In this document: positions 39,261 to 44,190 of the stretch, piece by piece
Position numbering within the stretch: the stretch's first letter is position 1
Layout of the letters: each line of letters begins with the position of its first letter
From: Craspedostauros australis
Taxonomy: Eukaryota
NCBI GenBank assembly: GCA_030167865.1
Contig: JALAGF010006194.1
Coordinates: forward strand, 1-44,190
DNA length: 44,190 nt
Direction of reading: 5' to 3'
The notes under the pieces: generated by a model
The model's database searches: none
Told to the model about the DNA's origin: nothing
What the model saw: only the letters and a program-made list of their open reading frames with translations
Translations under genes and position numbers: made by a program

Positions 39261-42200
39261 ATGCACACATCATCACCTGGCTTGAATCAACTGGCACCAA
39301 ACGGCGATGGCGTCTCCGCCGTCGTGGGTCGTCTACCGCCAGGCACCGATCCCGCCGATACTTCAGGAAACAGCAGCCATCGCCCGGGCAACTCCCGCCG
39401 CCTGCGGGTGTGGCTGGCCGTGTCACTACTGGTCCTCGCGGTCGTCATCTCTGGAACCATTTTGGCAACCCGACGTACAAGTGGCCGTAGTAGTAGCAAT
39501 AGCAGCAGCAGTGGTGGTAGTAGTACCAATGGCGGTGTCAGTCCAAGAAACAATGCTGATGGCAAACCAGAAACCCCAATCTACTACGACGATAGCACCG
39601 ATTCACTGCCTACCGACTCACCATCCTCCGGCGTCGACTTTCGCGACGGGGTATCGGACGAGGACGACCCCATCTCTCCCGCAACCGAAACTCCAGTACC
39701 AGACGTGAGCGAAGATACTAGTAACACCACCGACTCTGGTGACGCGGCAGCGGTACAGACCTATTCGTGCCCCAGCGATGAATCGCAACCCGCAGTGGCA
39801 GTCAGCCCTGGGAGCATCCGAATTACGCATTCTACTCCTTTGTGCACCCTCATCCGTGTCTCCTCATCCATGACGTCCTTCCAGCCAATTGCACGACCCT
39901 ACAACAACAAACCTTGGAAAGTGGTCGGCTCCACGGAAGCAATGGAATCATCTCCCAACTCGGTCCAAGTCGACCAATGCGGAGAAAGCGCTTGCACGGC
40001 CCAACTGCCAGCTCCAGAGGAGGGCCACACCTACGAGCTCAAGACCTTCGATGCGCCGGCGTACTCAGACCGGGACATCATCTCTCGCTTCTTGGAGCAA
40101 ACAACATTCGGTGTGACGAGCGCAGCCCTCGATCAGATGGAGGCGGAATACGATGCATCGTCATTCTCGGACTTGAACGATGTCTTCGCCAAGTGGATCG
40201 AAGACCAGCAGGATACAACCAAAACGCCAATCCAATCCCATCGCGCCTTGTTCCGCCAGTTTTTGAATGCGCAATTCGAGATCCCAACCATCATCGGTCG
40301 CACCACCCAACCATGCGAAGTTGGCACCAGATACCGCCACGAGGTCTTCATCGACAAGGACATCGGGACCTTCATCGAACTCAAGACCGTCACGGGATCA
40401 AACGGGCAACGTCTGCGCGCCATTTCCAAGGTCCGCAATGGTGTTGCAAGACTTTACACCATCGTTGACTTCACCATGTACGACTACGACTATGCGCACG
40501 ACTCCGACAGCGAAGCATATGTTCCCACCACACGGTGGGATCAGGATGGTTTGTACACTATCTGCTGGGTCGACGGATCCATCTACGTTGAAAACGCGGA
40601 CAGGACGGAGTGTCACAGAATGATCTTCAAGGACCCGGCACTCCCGGCCTTCCAATGGGAGGAAGCGTTCTTGGTGAATCCGTTCGTCACCAGCGCGGCC
40701 AAGGACGCCATCCTCGCATCAAGCGACAGCATCGTGCTGAACGTTCCCACCTCATCGCAGATTCTGAAGCCCATCGACCAGCAATACTATTTGGACTATG
40801 ACGAATACCTCCCGTTGCGACACTACATCCTCGCGAACAGCATGGCAGACTCGCAATGCAACACAGCAACCTTTGAACCGAATGTGCCTGTCTTTGTCCA
40901 ACACGGTACGTCAACAGAGGTGCCCCAAGCCTACAGACATGTCCCCCACCATCACCCTATCTCACCATTCCAATGTCCCTGCTGCTTCTGTTTCTCCTCT
41001 TTACGCACTTGCCGCTGCTTGATTGTGCTGAAACATGAACCTTCGCAACCAAATCATCACACAACTACTACTACCACCACCAACAACACCACCACCAACA
41101 ACAACAACATCGCATCAAACAGGCGACGACATGCTGATCCATGATCCACGCTTCAAGTTGTTGGACAACACGCTCGAGAATGTCCTCCCAGATGGCGGTG
41201 GCCAGGTCTTCGCAGATCATGCCGACCTCCTCGATCCGTACGAGACAGCGCACTGCGCCAACACCCCACGAACCTTCCTGAACGAAGACAACTGCTACGT
41301 CTCGACATCACCCTCCGCTTGCTCACCGCTGATGGGCTGGGTGAACCGCGCACCCGATGTTGAGACCGGCTACTTCACACTGACCGAAGATCTCATCCGC
41401 AAACTGTACAAGGAGACCGGAGGCACCGAGGATGATAGTTCCGCAACCACGCGATACTGGTATGCTGTCCAGGGACTCGACCAAGCACGACAGAAGCTGA
41501 CCGACCCAAAGCCATGCGACCAGTACTCTCGTTCCCGCTGGATCCCAGTCACGTGCAACAGCGCTGAATTGGGAGCTGTCAACGCTGGTGTCGCAACCAT
41601 GTTCTCCGCCCTGATATCCAACACCAAAGCGTGGTTGAGCGAGCAGAACGACATGAATCCTTACATGATGGATGTTTGGCTGTGGGACGATGATCGACAA
41701 TGCCCAGACGGACAGCGTGATACTGCCATCGATTTCATGGTCCAAGACGACGACGGTGACTGCTGGAAGAATGTGCACCAAGATCACCTGAACGTGTACG
41801 ACTTCACCGAATGGGTCAACGGCGGGCATAACGGCGGCCCAACACCCATTGCCGCATTTGCCAAACAGGGCAGCGCTCGTCTCAACTTTCCCGGGTGGCA
41901 TGAAATGTCTCGCTGGAACAACAAGAAGGGCGGCTTTGGCGGTCCGTGGCGATTGGGTGATGAGGTCAACTTCTACCAGTTGCCACGCGAGATGCGCAAT
42001 GAAGAAATGGCGAAGATCTTCGGCGTCACCTTGCTGGAACCAGGCGATCCGGAACTCACACAGGGATACGGTTCGCTGTCAGGTGTCGGAACGGTCGTGT
42101 GCGGAAGCCCATACGAAGTGGCCAACGATCCAACCAACGGAGGCAGTGTCGCAAACGGAGGCCGGATCAACCGAGGTTCATTCGATGCCTACACTCGTCG

Positions 42201-42707
42201 CTTCTCCACATCTTACGAGCTGTTCGAGCACCAGAACAAATATGTATGGCTCAAGGCCACAGTCGAGAATGAAGTGGATCAGCTCCGCCAACGCATGGCG
42301 TGGGCATTGTCGCAGATCCTCGTCATCACTCCCGACGGTGCTGATGCAGACCTCTCCACCGAACCATTCCTGGTTTACTACGATACCTTCGTAAGTACAA
42401 TACATTCCATGGTGGGGTTCCATGTTATCTGCGTGAATCTATTCACGATCACGCAGCACATCTGTCTCGACTTTGATTCCTCTACTGATGCTCTCGTCGA
42501 TGCTATCATTGGTCACGGTGNNNNNNNNNNNNNNNNNNNNNNNNNNNNNNNNNNNNNNNNNNNNNNNNNNTATTCACGATCACGCAGCACATCTGTCTCG
42601 ACTTTGATTCCTCTACTGATGCTCTCGTCGATGCTATCATTGGTCACGGTGATGAATCAATCCTTCATTCAACCCACCCATGTATCTAACCCTGTTCTCA
42701 TTTCAAC

Positions 42708-42750
<43 letters not shown>

Positions 42751-44190
42751 GGTGCTATCTCTCTCCACTTTCACACCAACACGCAACAGGTCCGTCATGC
42801 ATTTGGGAACTACCGTGACGTGCTCAAGGAAGTCTCGTACAACCCCTTGATGGCCAACATGCTCACATACTACAACAGTCAATCAACTGCATTCGTGTAT
42901 CAGCGCGACGGAGTGGTGGAATACGCCGATGAAAACTTCGCCCGTGAGGTGATGCAGCTCTTCACGACCGGCTTGTTCCAACTCAACATGGACGGCACAA
43001 AGATCCTGGACGAAGCTGGCAACCCCAAGCGCGTGTACACGAATGAGGACATCGGTGAGTGAGACGAGGCTACGATACCGATGGAGATGACTTCACCTGG
43101 AAACGCCATGATGTGGATACTGGCACCGGTAGCGATGGTGTGCTCTGCGCTGCTCTGCTCATGGACGTCCTGATCTGCTCTTGCCAACCCATCGACTCAC
43201 TTTGCCTGTATGGTACTCCATTTACTCTCAACCAATGACCACTGCGCCACGACGCAACCCCATGATGATGAATTGGTTACTGTACGTACTATGATTGCTT
43301 CCCTCTCCCTTCTATCCACCCATCCTCCCTTCCTTTCTTACCCAACAACACGCAGAGGAATATGCAAGGGCGTGGACTGGATTCGAGCAACAGCAAGTCC
43401 GCGGAAATGCAGAAAACCTCTGGAGAAACTACATCGACCCCATGTACATCCGAGAGGAATGGCGTGATCGCTTCCCCAAGATGGGACTCAACCGCAAGTA
43501 CGTCGGTGACGGATACCCTCTGTGTGCCGACCTCCCGGATGATCACTTCCTCCAGCCAGGTGCGGTCTACCGATTCCTTGGACCCAACCCACACCCAGAG
43601 TTGCACTCGGACATCGACGCATGGAAGACAGATCCATCGGCGCAACGGTTCAAGCTCGACGCAAGCAACAGCGGACTCTACACAAAGCTGTGCAATCCTC
43701 GAGGAGACGGATCCTGTGACTACAAAACCAAGATCGTGCTGGATAAACCAATTCAATGCTCTGGCAAGGAATGCCGCATCGACACCGTGCGAACCGTGGA
43801 GGTATCAGCCGGCATGTACTACGAGTACATCCGCAAGCCTTGCGTGCACCAATCGTTTTACGAGAACGCGAAGACCATCATCCGACACTGGGAATGGGGT
43901 GAATACATGTGCGCCGATCCCAGGACCGAGTCTGCGATCGTCGCGTGCTGCAAGACGAACCCAACCAACAACTTCTACGACGACGTGTACTGGGGCGAGC
44001 GCACCAAGTTCTCCACAGCATTGGATGCCTGCGACGAGCAACTGTGCAGTGAATGGCCACGTCCCGATTGCGAAGCTCAGGATGATACTTCGGCAGCATA
44101 CACGAAGTGCTGGGATCCAAATCACTTCTGGACATCCGAATCGTGCACTCTCAAGGCGAAGATCAGCGGAGATGGCAAGGTCGGCATCGT
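39261..44190 (+). CDS. Large type II membrane DUF1800-domain protein (3'-partial); exons 39261-40905, 41123-42390, 42790-43054, 43356->44190
   Basis: TM VWLAVSLLVLAVVISGTILA. DUF1800-type motifs RFLEQTTFG, DQLRQRMAWALSQILV, YYDTF|VRHAFGNYRDVLKEVSYNPLM, DENFAREVMQLFTTGL, YTNEDI|EEYARAWTGF. Three GT-AG introns (40906-41122, 42391-42789, 43055-43355) all restore the frame. Confidence 0.85.
42521..42570. other. Assembly gap (50 N) flanked by an 81-bp duplicated sequence, within intron 2 of the DUF1800 gene
   Basis: 42440-42520 is identical to 42571-42651. Confidence 0.95.
42709..42747 (+). repeat. (TC)n microsatellite in the intron polypyrimidine region
   Basis: About 19 TC units upstream of the acceptor AG at 42788-42789. 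Confidence 0.95.

Noticed and set aside
42440..42651. 81-bp direct repeat around the N run
   Set aside because: Identical copies flanking a scaffold gap indicate unmerged contig overlap, so it is most likely an assembly artefact.
42391..42789. ORF track reads through this region (SLSLSLSL peptide)
   Set aside because: It is an intron (GTAAGT...CAG) whose removal restores the conserved YYDTF-VRHAFGNY motif.

Overview
Eukaryotic nuclear DNA, very likely from a diatom. This rests on GT-AG introns of about 160-400 bp, signal-peptide plus F/W bipartite plastid presequences, CoDi-like Ty1/copia elements, and diatom-style type II LRR and DUF1800 proteins. Gene content from left to right: the 3' half of an intact-looking copia retrotransposon (RT, RNase H, 3' LTR); an F-box/LRR gene; molybdenum cofactor sulfurase; an MSS51-like protein; a flavin amine oxidase; a cluster of three paralogous type II membrane LRR receptor-like genes, interrupted by a truncated copia gag/LTR remnant and a plastid mTERF; a giant (about 2035 aa, two exons) type II membrane mucin-like protein; IMP4; an MDP-1 phosphatase; UreG; a Golgi sulfotransferase; and a multi-exon DUF1800-type gene running off the window. 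The most striking object is the giant membrane protein. It has an acidic Trp-repeat cytosolic tail, a TM helix, a small folded module with RXL motifs, 50 x 13-aa repeats with an N-glycosylation sequon at a fixed register, and a 188-aa duplication. Also notable are a perfect four-unit heat-shock element upstream of the third LRR gene, conserved short motifs in the LRR cytosolic tails, and an internal His-rich insert in UreG. No rRNA, tRNA or CRISPR was seen. All family calls come from motif recognition by eye, not from database searches.
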